From Atractiella rhizophila (taxonomy: Eukaryota): a stretch of 32,302 bases of DNA. Within the stretch, counting starts at the first letter, position 1, and each line of letters begins with the position of its first letter. Under the pieces are notes generated by a model that did no database searches, was not told where the DNA came from, and saw only the letters and a list, made by a program, of their open reading frames with translations. The translations under genes were made by a program, and so were the position numbers. The DNA is taken from NCBI GenBank assembly GCA_021432655.1, contig MU271379.1, positions 45,554 through 77,855 on the forward strand, read 5' to 3'. Positions 1 through 13,659 of this stretch are shown here, in pieces.

Positions 1-2986
1 GCGAGGAACACGATGGAAGAACGTACAAATTGGACTGTATAATCCCTTGCAGCCTCACTACTTCCTTTGAGACTGTTTAACTAACGTAAACCGTTTTAAA
101 AGCGCGGACACCGGATCAGGACAGCCTTAAGGCTTTTAAGAGAGGGGGTAAGTAGGGGGAAGGGGATGAAATTACGGTAGGAGAAGCACAATACTCTACA
201 TTCTGTTCTAAAGCGAAAGGACCCGTTGCAACTTGCAACCTAACCATTCTGAAATAAGTGCAATGGCAGAGAATCCATCACCCATTGGTATATTATTTGC
301 TTCCCCCTTTCCCCCCTCCGTTGCTCAGCTCACGCTCCTTCCTGCTCAATTCGAGTTGTGCGATGTAAGTGCGAGAGGGCGGGTAAGTCTGGCAGCTGAA
401 AGTGGGAACTCTGGTCCGCACTCGGCCACAAAGAAGTATAACTCCCCCTGCTTTCTACGGTGACCCTAGCACGCGAAGAAGAACAGCAGACCATGACAGC
501 GAAGGAAAAGGGACTCGAACCAGCTCGAACTCGTTTTGAAATTTTGAACTTTGGTTTGGTTCAAGTTCTACTTTCAGCCGCCGGTGGCAAAAAGGGCAAA
601 GTTGAACGTCGACGTCGTACGAACGAAGTGGCCACCCTCCTTCAGCTGCAGCTCTCTTACCAACCTTCCAGCTCGTCTGCGCATTGTATGAAGATGTCCC
701 ATATCTCCTGAACCCAATCACGGTGCCATGGCAGACGCGGCGGTGGTGAAGCCAAGTTGCTAATGTTCAGCACTGGCCGTGCAAAATGCAGGTGAGCAGC
801 CATTCAAGTTCAAGTTGGTGAGAGAAGGGTTCAACATTCAAGCTCAAAGTGCCATATTGTGCATGAAAAAAAGGCTGAAAGTGTGATATAAAATTGCCAC
901 CTGATGGCCTGATGTCTCTCGTGTTACTCTTTACATTTTCAAGTTTTCGAGGTGTCAGCGTTGCAATTTACTAGGGGGTATGTAGCAAGGAAGGAAAGCG
1001 TGATTCTAGCATTGAATCAACGCCTTTTCAAGGTTCGGAGAGCCTTCGTCGCTCTTTTGTCTATTTTCGTCTACTTGGCTCTTCGTCGTCCCTAGTAAGC
1101 GGCAGTAACACTGACGTGGTGGTTTGGGGGGTTGAGCCAGGCTCAGGTGTGTCTCCTTACGATTATTTCCAACCTTCTCCCACTGCTCGCAAGAGGTGTA
1201 TCCACCGCCCTGCGACCAGCGTCCTTTCCAACCTCCACGATTCACGCTGAGATGACGCCTGACGCCCCACCACTTCGTAGACATGGACGACATCCGTTTG
1301 CACCATTCATTCCGAGTCAACCAACAGGTCCGTGGTCCCTTCGTTCGATTAGTTCCTAGTTATCCTGCTGTGGCATGCATCTAGTGGAGTGTGCTTAATT
1401 CTTCGAGCCTACAACGGCATTTGCAATGGATAATGGCTGATATTCCCTTCAGAAAAGGTCATATCAAGTACTTAAGTGCTTCGGGGTGAAAGAGACATGA
1501 AATGGTACTTTCCGCTTACTACCGTCTTACTGCCTGAGACGTACCTGATCCCCTTCTGCTCACAATGCTCTAAGTAATGATCACTACCTGATACGACTAA
1601 ATATCCTTCATGATATGCATCTGTTCACAAAACTTCATTACATGATCACCGGCTGAAATGTTTCCCTATGGCTTCTGATCACATCTTCTCAGACTGTTGT
1701 ATTACCTGATTACTTGGCAATCAGCTTTCCGAAATCTGATGAACCTGATGGACTGATCAATATTGATCAGTCAGTTAAGCTTTTCATGATGACGGAAACT
1801 CCGAATTGTTGAGCAAAGAGAACGATGTGGACTGAAGGACCGACGATCTATCGTTTATCACATTCAGTGATTCTCAGTCAAAACTGTTCTGCCAGGGAGA
1901 ATTAATTAAGTGAGGGGACGAGAACGCTCACAGCCCAGTTGCCCAAGACAGAATAGAGGCAGAGACAGACGAGGATGACATTTTTCTTCCATTCAGGCCA
2001 GTTCAGAGGGTCATTAGGATCTATGGTAATTCCTTCTCAGCCTTCTGGTACTCCTACAAGGAGTCGAAAAACTCACCTGCTGACTCGATACGCCTGCGCT
2101 CAGACCAAAGACAATTGGTTGGTACTGGCTCCTATAATGGCAAAGGCAGCTTGACAAGGTCTCAATCTTTGCGAGAGCATTACAGCTCCTTTGCGTTTGC
2201 GCCGAAACCGATGACCTGAGTACTGAGATCTGAGAGCTAACAAGGCGAACTTGAGCTTAGTTATTTGCTCTTTTGTCGCCTGCTTGATCGCAACAGCGCG
2301 CTGCTTGAGCTCCTGCTTGAGAGAAGAGTGTCATTCATTATAACAACAGCTGTAAGGCTCAAAGGATCATGCAACTTCGAAAACCCTCGTAACTGAGTCC
2401 TTGAAAAGGCAAGTTAGGACAAGTCACTCAGCGTGACCTACAGCTCAGCTGCAATGCTGCATTTCGGGAGAAGACAAACGGTAGGACAAGAATAATAGGA
2501 CGTAGCCATGCTGGAAGGTGAAACAAGGCGGCTAGCAAACGATCTGGTGCTTGGAGGCCAAACCGAAGGACATACCGCTGGAGCGTCAGGCAACAACGGG
2601 ACCTGGGGGAGAAAGACTATAGGGGTCCTGGATCCCAGAACGTTGATTCGATATTTACAGTGGATGCTGACGTTACTTCAATGAGAGCTTGAGCTTGAAT
2701 ACCCCAGCTACGAGGATGATCTAGAAAGAAGTGCTGTTGAGGCAGCACTGGATCGCAAGCAGGTGGACAGGACAATTTGGTATTTGAAACTGAGACCTGA
2801 AGCTATCTGAAGTGGTTAAATGTTTTTAGATTGCAGGATGGAACGATGTTCACGGTTGCATCATCAACTACAACATCATACTTCACAATCCTTTCGCCCT
2901 GAGATTCAAGCCGGTAATATATAAAATCAGAATGACAAACAACGGTACGAGTAGGAAGCCAAAACGACAGCTAGAATACCAAAATT

Positions 2987-4688
2987 TTAGACCTCATAGC
3001 TGTGTACAGTCGACAAGTTCGAAACTGTGCCCGCTTTCTTCTCACCATACAAATGTTGAGAATGCACCTTGACATCTCCGAGCTGTACTGCCTGTTCTAT
3101 GACATCTGCCTGCTGCACAGACACCTCAGTAACCTTCGCCTTTTTCAGATCAGATCGCGTCAATACAGGGAGCCGAAGAAAAGACGCACAAAAATTTGGT
3201 CGAATTGGGCTCTCGAGCGTTCTCGTGAAGATTGCGTGTTCCCCCGCTCATGACTTGCAGCAGGGAGTTTGGTGGCGAAGGCGGCTTCGTACAGAACGAG
3301 TGCTGCTATCACGTAAAGCTATGCACACCTTTGCCCATCAGCCGCCTGTACACCATAGAAAGGATTGATTCGACCTTTGCAATAAAATATCCAAACGCTC
3401 CCCATAGCCCTGTACGCTTCATACCATCATCAGTGGTTTGGTGCATGAAAAGAGGACGACCGACTGGTTTCAGGATAATCAACAGCAGTTCCACCAGCTA
3501 ATTTCTGTAAGTTTCCACAACTCCGATGATGGTCAACACACCTGTGTTATCGTTGGTATGAGTCCAGTTTCAAGGGTCAGCTTGCTAACTTTTGTTGAGC
3601 GACGACATTAGCCCAAATAAAGCCTGAAAGCCTTACATGAACTATTCATGGGCTGATCAGTTGATAACTTAGTATCAAGGGACGGACGCACTCTTATGGC
3701 CATGAAACTGGTCTTTTGGAAATCTGATTTTATTTTGTATTGTTGGAGATGATAAACCATGCAAGCGCAGAGGATCACATCGACCCCCTTAGCACCTACC
3801 AATCACAACTTCAAAAGTTTCCATGAGGAATGGAGAAAAGGGGGATTACAGCCTAGAGCTAGGATCGCTGGAACGATCAGATGTGGGAAGAAATCGACAA
3901 TGGGTCCTGATTCAACGGTGGCACCGATGATGAAGCCAACGAGCTGTTACAGGTCATCAGCTCCATTACGGCATCTGTCTGGATCCAGGATTTACTGAAG
4001 CAATTATCAGCGCTCCCGCCACACAGAGGCACCTTTCCCCCTGTTGGTTTGAATTCGACCAAGGGAGCGCACGTCGTACACATATGTAACAAGCCGTGCC
4101 AGACGATGAGACGGGTTGAACTTCTCTATACCTCTTGATAAAGTCATCAGACCCCACAGGTACCATGTCTAAGGTATAGGAAGTGACGTACCGAATAATT
4201 CGCAGGATGCGGTAGATGTAGAGCAGTTGGACGGACACCGTGAGAATGCCTTGAAATATTGTGGACGGGACTATTAAACGAGCTTTCAGAACTTCCATAA
4301 TACTGGACAGTTGAGAAAGCTAACTGATTGAACGAGTAATAGGTATGAAAAACAGGTGCGGCCCATCAAGAGCAACACTCTGCATGTAGCTGACATAAAA
4401 AATGGACTTGTTCACGCTGCTGCCAGCTTCAACGGTCTAGTGGACAGGGAAGGGAAACACGGACGTGTCTCCAAAACTGATCCAGAACAGGGCCATCAGT
4501 ATCCACCAAGATGTGGAGTACGAAGTCCCGCGGTCATGCATGAGCTTGAAGACGTGGAAGAACTGATAGAGGGATATTCCGAACAGGATGAAGCCTATGG
4601 AAGCTCCGATGACTGCAGGCAGAATGTGAAGTTGGTAAAACCCCTTCTCCCACGGCACGAAAGTCGGGGCTGGCGTTTCACTGCTCAT
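2987..4688 (-). CDS. Multi-exon integral membrane protein, DUF6534-like (basidiomycete multi-TM family), gene A
   Basis: Exon 1 MSSETPAP...ILPAVIGASIGFILFGISLYQFFHVF. Further hydrophobic exons include QGILTVSVQLLYIYRI, VDVILCACMVYHLQQYKIKSDF and GLWGAFGYFIAK. A hydrophilic tail ...VSNLSTVHSYEV* ends at TAA 2987-2989. Family assignment is from recalled motif similarity, and internal exon boundaries were not fully resolved. Confidence 0.65.
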
Positions 4689-5324
4689 GTTTGCGATGGC
4701 GATGGCGATAGAATAAGCAAAGAGCGAACTGATTTCCAGAACGAGGACGGGTCACAGCTTAAATAGTAGCAGTCCAACACACCCTACAGCAAGAATGGTC
4801 CAAGATCACTCGATCAATGCTCGGAAACCGTAGTGATCTCACCCGTGTTGCTGAGCAGAGATTGAAAGTATTGAAAGCATGAAGGGAGCCCAAATTGTCC
4901 AAGTGAGTACGAGTTGGCGCAACAGCTCAAAAAGCTTTCAGTAATAATCAGCACCTTGGATCAGGCATGAGAAATTCCAAGTTCAGTAGTTGATCCCAAC
5001 CAAATCTCATCGTTTCAAGAAACTATCCCTCATGATCGAATGCTGAGGCAATAAATACCCAAACTTCCGCTGTATCGCGAGCTGAGGCGACGCTACCGTC
5101 GACAAAACGAACAACAAATTGATACAGGGCAATACTCCTGGAGATGGTCGCAGCACACGGTGACGGGATGCATGAGGGATGTACGCTTCACGCTATGCAA
5201 TAAACATGTATTAACAATAAGGCAGAGGCTAGGGGGGCCTTAAGAGTGTAAATCATGCAATTTGAGCAACAAAACAAACAAAAAAAGCGGACAATTTTCA
5301 ATGCTGAGACAGAAGATGGATATA

Positions 5325-8300
5325 TCAAGCCTCTTTGGCAATCGTGGCAAGAGCCGTTTTGAACTTCCTCGTCTTCCGATCCCTCTCTAGGCGCAATTGA
5401 GCCTTAAGAACCATGAGCGCTTGAATGGTGTCCGGTTTGAGGCATGCACGGCGGATCCCAATAGTGTTACGAGCTCCGCTGAAGACACGTTCAACAGCCA
5501 CAGAACAGCCTGTGTAGCCAAGACTTGTTAGCCCAGTAATGGATGTGAGAAAGAAAGAAAAAAACAACCTGGAATGGACAGTATATCCCAGGCCATCTGT
5601 GACCACTCTTTGAGATCTGTCGTCGACCGTGTACGATAAACCTCCAGGGGATCTTTTGTCCAGGGTAGTTGGAGCAGACTGAACCATATATTAGGTTGGT
5701 GGTCCTCATCCTCTTGAATCACCAAACTTATGCGTTGTTGAGCCTTCTGCATAAGCTTAGCTGAATACGACATCCGTGGTAGGTTCATCATCTTGCTTGA
5801 AGGATTCGGAAGGGGAGCAACTGTCGGAAGGTGGCGCACGGCATTTACGAAGGTAGTTGATCTTGAAATGCTCAATTAGGGCCGCTTTGCTTGCCGTAAT
5901 CGCATCCCTGTGTTCATCGAATATTGGGCTTGCGAGGAAGTAATGGTTGAAGTGAGGGTCGAGAACTGATGGCTGCAAGTCAAAGAAAAGCAAAGCGTAG
6001 CAAGGAAAAAGCACTTACAAACAGACCAAAGAGGGTAAGGAGATTGATCCAAGAGTGCGTTGTAGGTGCTCAGTTTTGTATGAGCCTTCACCAAAACATC
6101 CCGAAATTCCGTTGGAATGGTTTCCGGCATAGTTGCAATGAACTCCCTCAGTTCTCCCATAAACCCATAATACATCCCCAGCATTGATGAGAGAGATGGG
6201 GTGGATGTGGTTGACATCTCGAGAGTTGCATTGCGGAAGGATTCAAGCCCTGTTGTCACTACCTCTATCCCATCCCACTCCGCCTTCTTCAGTCACTGTC
6301 TCTCCAGCCCATACTGATCAACATATCTTTCAATTGCCTCCTGATATCGCGGACAGAGTGCTAGCATGTCGTGGGTGGAGGACCAGCGAGTGCAGCAGTC
6401 AAGGATAAGGATCTTGAGTTCTTCTTCCAACAGTTTTCCGAGCTCGTTGAGAGTGTCCTCAAGCAAGGTAAACCAGGTCTTTTGCCCTTGCGGTGTCAAG
6501 CGAACGTGCTTGACAATGGAGCGAAGCTGGCAGTATCAATATTGGTCATAATACACCAACGAGGCATCAGCAACGCACCTTGGCAAGTGTATCCTTCACT
6601 ATTCCAACTTGAACATCAATGTCTATTTCATCATCAAAAGGTAACTGCCCCCCTCCAACCTTGATCTTCCTTGTCACTTTCTCTTGCCACAGAGCTGACT
6701 CCATCACTTTGTTCTCCTTTTCTGGAAATGCACCAATAACCTTCAACAGCTCCATTGCAGCAAGATGTATGACATGCGGAGAGCAGAACACGCGCCGTTC
6801 TTTTGCGCAAAAGGGTATACCGCGTTCGAGCAGTCGGGACTCAATTCCTTCGACGGCGGTCGTGTTGTTCGATGCGCCATCTCCTGTAATACATCCTAGC
6901 TGTAAGCATTTATTGCGCTAATGTCCACTGTGTAAAAACAGCCGTACAAACCTGCCGATCAATCCCATAGTTGTCAACTGTCTTCATGATTGCATCTGCA
7001 ACGGCGTCGCCAGTATGCGCTCCTTCAATCTCTTGAAAGCCAATAAGAACTTCCTCCAGTACGCAGTCTTCGTTGATGAATGAAGCAACGATCGCGAGAA
7101 AGGCAGTTATCGGAGGTCCACAGATCTTGAGCAAGGTGAATCTTCGTATTGAGGGCCTAGAAACTGCAATGAGCACCGAAGCAACAGAGATAGCTAAAGT
7201 ATTACCTGAAGGCGTTCTCCTAAACACTCCTTAGTATCCTTAGCCATTAACAACACCTTCCTCTTAATGGTTTCACGGCTTGGCAGTTTGAGACCTTTTT
7301 CTCTCCATCAACTTCCATGACTGCTTGATCACAGGCTAGCGAATCATCCTCGTCTGGGATAGGACCATCCTGTGGAACTGGTATTTCTTGCTCCTTGGAG
7401 ATTAGAAGTGTCCACTGAGGTACAGAAGAAGGTCGAGGAATTCGATGGAGGTGACAGACATGAAGGGCTGGTCGGTACTGACAATGTATTTAAGGAGGAG
7501 ATCATCGAATATCTGTTGATCAAATGCCTACACAAAGTCAGAAGTAGTAAAAGGTTCTACTACAGCACTCACCTGCCTCTTATACTCGTCTGCCATCCGG
7601 TTCATCATCTTCTTGATGGAGGAGGCTTGCAACTTCGCTTTTTTCTTATCCGAATCTGTAATCTAGCAAAGAGCCATGATCAACAATGAAATATGAACGC
7701 TTAAGGAGAAAATACGAACAGGAATATGCCCTCTAGCCTTATCCATATCTTGAGTTATATCAGTCTCGTTCTTGACAAGAAGGAGCTTTTGATAGAGCGA
7801 ATGGGCGCATTTATGATTTTGAGCCGTCCTAAGATGGCCTTCGAGGCTGGAATAGTTGTTGTGGCTTGCTTTTGTCACTCGGTAGATGTAGTCGCAGTGA
7901 TGGCACCCATAATGTTTGTCTCCTTCGCTGTGACCCCTCTTACGGAGTGGGACACGAGCTTCGTCTGGAGAGATCTGTTCGAAGAAGTAATGGATAGTTG
8001 CTCGGCGTCGAGAGCTTATCAACTGAAACACATAGGTGGTAAGAAAGAATTCCGAATGTAAAGTAAGAGCATACTTTTGACTGTTGCTTAGCATGTATCT
8101 TGCCAGGACTAAGAGCTTTCATTGTGGACATGGGAGTAGTTGTGCCATTCTGTAAACATGTTCAGTTCATTTGAGATCGCCGAATTGAAGCAACAGACCT
8201 GGCCACGCTTCTTCGACTTCCTCATTGTTTTTGTGGGCAGCATCTCACCCAGCTCCCGATTTGACACCACCTCCTCCGCCTTGTCGCCATCATCATCCTT

Positions 8301-8687
8301 ACCATCCTCCATCTCCTCATCATCGTCCTCTCCTGAAGACAGCACGAAGCGGCTGCAATCACCACCAATCTCATCCACTGCTAGATCTCCAACCAGGACA
8401 ATGTGGAAGCGAACAGTGACTGCACATAATGAAGCCTTCCGGGCCTTTACGAGATACCAGGGAATACCATAATTTTTCTCACTTTCGCACAATCTGTCCC
8501 AGAGAACTTTGAGGCTTTGGAGACGGTGTCGAAAACATGAACATTTTCCAGTCAACGATAAACTGACAAAGGACAAATTTTTGGTATCAAGAATCCCAAC
8601 ATCACGCCTGGTGAATATATGAACCAGATATACTGATGGATAAAACAACAATTCAACCTCACATATACAAACCCGAAAGCTAACCAA
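5325..8687 (-). mobile_element. hAT-superfamily DNA transposon, decayed intron-containing transposase
   Basis: In gene order: acidic N-terminus; BED-type zinc finger (YGCHHC...HLRTAQNH); first Asp (IHLAQDLWTSD, with a frameshift near 7115); second Asp (CITGDGASNN); CSPHVIHL; LDCCTRWSSTHDML; and the C-terminal dimerisation region MAWDILSIPG/CSVAVERVFS...LKPDTIQALM. There is an in-frame TGA at 6293-6295. No TIRs or TSD found, so the 5' limit is approximate. Confidence 0.9.
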
Positions 8688-8744
8688 AAATTACCGTACG
8701 GTGATATCAACAGTATTGCGATCAAGGTCTTTTTCGTAGATCGA

Positions 8745-10627
8745 CTACTCCCGTTCGTCGTGGCGATCAGGACCCAGTTTTGAATCGATGTTATGCATCT
8801 TGGGGAGCTAGATTATCGATTTCAATCCTCAGACCAGTCTGGGAATTGAACGTGATGACCCACCTCGATATCATGCATTTCAGTATGTTGGAGTGTCCCG
8901 ATATGAACTTGCATACCAAGCTCGAGGTCGGATCCCTAAGATGAACACACGAATAATCAGGTCAATTGTTCAGGGAAGAGGGGTGAAGGCGAACCTGTGC
9001 TTGACGCCTTGTCTTGTGTGTCCCAATCGTGTTGGTGGCCAACCTGTCCGTTCTGCTTTCTGAAATAGTTTCTGAGGCGCTTGTGCCGTGTGCGCGGACG
9101 ATCGACTTCCGAGAATTGAGGACAAACTATAATGATGTCATTACCGTGCGCAGGTCAATGATCGATAAGGTGGGATGTACCATCATAGAACATGCGTATA
9201 CCCTTCATCCCATGTTTAGATTAATCTTGGAGTAAAGATGTTGACTCTACCTGACCAGAACCATGTTGAAGATCACTGAGGTCAAATCAACAGTTCCATC
9301 GTAGCTGCGGGAGAATTTAGCCATGGACTTTTGTCAATAATGCACGGCGAACTCACACTTGTGAAAATGCTGCAAATTCATGAGACATCTCTGTTCCTAT
9401 TGATGAAGGGAGAAGACGTACCGAGATTCAGGGCAGCAATGATTACGGCCTTCAAGTCATCGAATTACTTCTATCTCTTGCAATCGAATAGCGGACTTAC
9501 TGGAACAGCACATTGGATGGAGAGTTTGATCAGTGCGAATATGAGGTTGCGAGTTCTGGAACCGTGTAGGCTTAGCGATCGTTTGGAGAGATCAATAAGC
9601 AATCCTACTGAGGCAAAATCGCCTTTTTTGTTTGTGTGAGGAGAAAGTAAGCCGTGCACGCGGCGATGAGGATGTCGCCTGCTAATACACCGCTAGATTC
9701 AAGCGTCTGAGCCTGCCTGTTTGATTTGTGAAAGGGACGGTATCGCACCTGTAGTGACCAGCGAACCAGCGTGCGATGAGATTGAACTTGGCTTCCGTGA
9801 TGAGGATTGTCTGCGGCCCTTACCCTTTAGACACTGCACTGCCTAAAGGTTTCACTCACCGCAATGATGATGGAAATATACGAGAAAATGAGGACCGCGA
9901 CGATGATCGTGATAACCCACCACTTCCTACAGATTATGTATAATCGATATAAGAAGTAAGCTTGACTGTTTTATCATTCGCAGTTGTCAGTCCTCCTCCT
10001 TGTTTGTTCGTAGCCAAGGCGTACACATAGAGACCGCAAGAGGCGTCCTTGCCGTGTATTAGCTGTTAGTAAAAAGAACGAGGATTGGAGATGTACTATT
10101 AAAGTGAAGGCACTCTGCCACCACTCTGTGTACGATAGGAAAATGGCGCCTTGCAGATCCTGCAAGCAGTTTGGGGACAATCGTTCTATCGTTGAAAGGA
10201 CTCACCGTAAAAAAAGCCACAAATTGGATCCAGCAGGTTACACTGACGAAAAGTGTCAAGCGGAGGAAGCTGGGAAGCTTTGAAAATGCTCACAAAGAAT
10301 GAATGCTCTTCAGGAGCTGAGTGATAAATAGTCCTGCGACAACGAGTTTCAGCCAACGACGATCGTCCTTGTAGTGCTGATAATCTTAGCAGGTTCCATG
10401 AACTGTGTGCTAACCAGTGTGAAGAAGAATCGGCTTACAAGTGTGAAATTGTGCAAGAAGGATGCCATAAAGAATGAACTCGAGTGAGAGACCTATAAAC
10501 CAGGGGCCTTCCAATGAGGAGCATCAAGTCATGTTCTCCCGATCTCCCAAGCGGAGAGAAACTCACCAAGCAGTCGCCTCGACTGCTCGTACTCCTCATG
10601 CGTCATATGAGGTGAATGGAAAGGCAT
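8745..10627 (-). CDS. Multi-exon integral membrane protein, DUF6534-like, gene B
   Basis: Spliced reading: MPFHSPHMTHEEYEQSRRLLG|PWFIGLSLEFILYGILLAQFHT|YYQHYKDDRRWLKLVVAGLF... then RTRNLIFALIKLSIQCAVP... then RVYACSMM|FVLNSR, matching the family motifs DxxWLK and Y..S....LNSR. GTGAGT/GTAAGC donors are present. The frame stops at TAG 8745-8747 but stays open to a TAA near 8691. Confidence 0.75.
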
Positions 10628-13410
10628 CTTGCTCAACCGCACGAAATCAGCAGCAACGGAGAAGAGACATCCAAAAAAACCGGGCAAGAAAAAATGGGAA
10701 TAAAAAACCCCGTGCAATTTCTTCTGGTCACCACCCACTTAGGGACCCAAGCGGGGGTGCGGTACCGAGTTTGGGCAAGTATTCAAGCACAAAATTAGTT
10801 AGAATATATTATTATTATTATTTTATTCTTAATGGTGCGTGCTTGTGCTTGGTGCGTGGAGACTCTCCATTTGGCGGCGTTGTTTTGAATTGCCATCGTT
10901 CCCACATCTTCGTTGGCGTCAATTTTGGTGTGGTTGTTCTCTCCAGCGGAGAGTACCCGAGGGGTGCCCAATTCAACAGACCGCACATTTTGCGAAGTCG
11001 CGATTTCATATCAAACTTCGTCTCCATGCCTTCGCTTCCTAAAACGAATGTGGTAGCAAGACAGCGAATCTTGATCATTCTTAGAGAACGATGACTCCGT
11101 CCAGCTCTATTCTTTGTTCTGGAATTCTGCTCTTCCTATTTGGTCAAGGTTAAGTTCGGAAACATCGACCTTTATAACTTTATCTTGTCAGGTAAGTATT
11201 TCCTAGAGAACAGGTAAGTACGGAAAATGTGGCAAGTTGGGGGGCATTGATAGGAATTGGAACTTTTAGGTTGGGACTTGGTGACCTGCGGAACAACGAA
11301 ATTGATACAGGGCAGGAGATGGTCGCAGTGCACCTTCACGATGCCACCTTCCTACAAATAAGAGACCTCCAACTTCTGAATAGCTTCTGAACTCGTTGCT
11401 CATGCGACTCTAATCGCCAGCATGTGGAATCAAGAAACATAATCGATTCTCAATGAACATTGGGGGGAGGAGCACCTCTTGCCCAGGTAGTTTGTAGGTG
11501 AGAGTGAGAGGTAGGAAAAGATAATTGCAAAGAGCTAGCTCGGCTACCACGACGTAAATATTACTTACTCACAAGGCAGCAACATGTCCAGTGGATCAGG
11601 AGAGTGCGTGCGACTTCAACAGCATTGAGAGCCTCGAGTCCTTCGTTTATGACCGTGTGAATGTGGGTCATCCCTCCATCCTTGATACACTATTGGTCAT
11701 CGCACTCGATTCCTGGAATCCAATGCCTGAGGTTGTTCACGCGGAAGTACTAATGGCAGTGCAGGAACAAAGCTGATTCCCCCCTCCCAATCGGCGTTCC
11801 TGAGGGATTAGAACTCTGGCAGTATATATCTTGCTTGGTGGTCAATAGGTGGGTCGTTCGATCACATCATTCTTGTCAGGTCCAGTTTGACAATAATCTA
11901 GATTCGGGCTGCTAAAGGAATTCCAAAGCTGCTACACCAGTTGCGCGGTGAATCAGAAATATAAAGGCTCTTCGATGCAAACTTTGCTTTTCCTCGTCAC
12001 AGCTGCCTGCAACAAAGAGGACGACATGTCACCTCCTGCCCCACCGCTCCAGAACAACCAGACCTCGCCTCCAACGTGCAGCCATCGAGGACATACTCTC
12101 TACTAACCGTACCTACCTAACGGGTTTGCGCTTTTCTGCCTTTTGCACATGAACGACATTCAACTGGAGGATGGCAGCTTGCTACGATTGGGATTTCATA
12201 GTTACTTTCCCTCAAGAATACAAGACAATGTGGAAAGCACGACTTTGGACGCCAGTCCGAGCTGCCTTCTTCAACCGGCAACTCTCTCCTCTCCAACACT
12301 CACTGCGTCTCGTTTGGTCAGCCCCCGGGGGCTAGATCGATTTACTTCCGCACTGTTTCCTTACTTGTTCATGGTTCAGAACCAGGCACTCCATATTTTG
12401 TTTCTTCACCTTGCTGGATCCGACAGGTCTTACAGAGTGTTTGGGGATGGCAAGGTGCTTTTACACCTCATTTACCTCATTTTGAACGTTAGCCACCCCA
12501 TGAGATCCGATTCTTGACAGCTCTTAGCATCCGATGGTCTTATCAAGTCTCCGTGATGGAGGAAGGAAGGAGAGAGCCATGTTTACTCCGGGTTGACAAT
12601 TGGAGCAAACTGCCGAAAGGTGCGATCCTTGGTTTTGGTTTTGGTTAGGGTTTTTGTTGTTGGAAGAGGTGTCGTAGCGTAGTCACCAGAAGTCGCGCTG
12701 TTGTCTGTGCCCATTTTCTCCCTGTGAGTGTTGAGTGTTATTGCTGTTGCATGGCACGCTCGCGCCGCGCCGTTAGCGTCGTTTCCTCCTTAAGAAGGGA
12801 ACTTGTCATAAACGTTATCTGTATGCAGAAACAGTCCAACGAACTCTGGGTGTGTTGTCCATATATTTTGCTGCACACTTCTCAATTTCGATGCAATGTT
12901 TTTTCAAAATCCAGTGCAAATGGTCAGGCAGATACCGTGACTCACATTAGAGTCAATGACCCGTGAACGTCATTGGCTGAGATTTGCACAGGCTTGCCGC
13001 GCTGTAGTTAGAATGAAGCCGGTGTTGAAATCCCAGCCGTTCTACAAGGAGATGTTGCTGAATAGGGGTTGTCCAGCTTCCGAGTGGGCGCCTTAAACGT
13101 AGTTGTCCGACGCCGGCGCCAAGTGCTGCCCAGACGCCATTCAGGTAACATGGCTTCAGTTTAGAGCTGCGGTTTGCGGTCGTAGTCGTTTTGTATGGGC
13201 TATAGATGCTCATTCAGGAGCTGTTTAGCCCTCATAGCTCTCTAAGGCACTCCAAAGTCCCTCCGCAGTTCTGTCCAACGTACTCAGCTCTGTTCTGATG
13301 CTCAGGATTTTCCTAGAGCGTTCCAATTCACTTGAGGAAATGTGAAACAAGCGGCCGACAAGGAGGCACCGAAATCCTCGAACGGAACCGCAAAGTCGGA
13401 CTAAGGGACT

Positions 13411-13659
13411 TCTCCGGACTTCTACAAACGTTCAGTTTTTTGGCATGAGTCATAGGACATACTTTTGAGCCCTCACACCATGTACAATAGAGTGTAGTAG
13501 ATTGTGCCATCATAACCCATATGCTTGCCCCTTTCTGAACCTGCAAGAAAATTCTGAGGGGGGTAAAAAATTGCCCTTATGCTGGACTCAAACCTTTCCA
13601 TGCATCACATAGGGTTCAAGCACATGCCCCTTGTGAGTGGGTTGCCACTGATATGCTTG
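13411..13659 (+). mobile_element. Non-autonomous mini-Helitron (~250 bp)
   Basis: 13419-13598 aligns with the first ~200 bp of Helitron 2 (30198-30391), e.g. GAGTCATA..ACTTTTGAGCCCTCACACC and CATATGCTTGCCCCTTTCTGAACCTGCAAG. The 3' end AGTGG-GTTG-CCACTGATATGCTTG|T resembles the Helitron 1 end GGGCACTGACACACTTG|T. The exact 5' base is uncertain. Confidence 0.75.

Noticed and set aside
10474..11094. 206-aa plus-strand ORF
   Set aside because: It is antisense to gene B exons and promoter and has no recognisable protein features.
11560..12560. Minus-strand coding-like remnant
   Set aside because: It has many stops and no identifiable motif, so no call is supportable.
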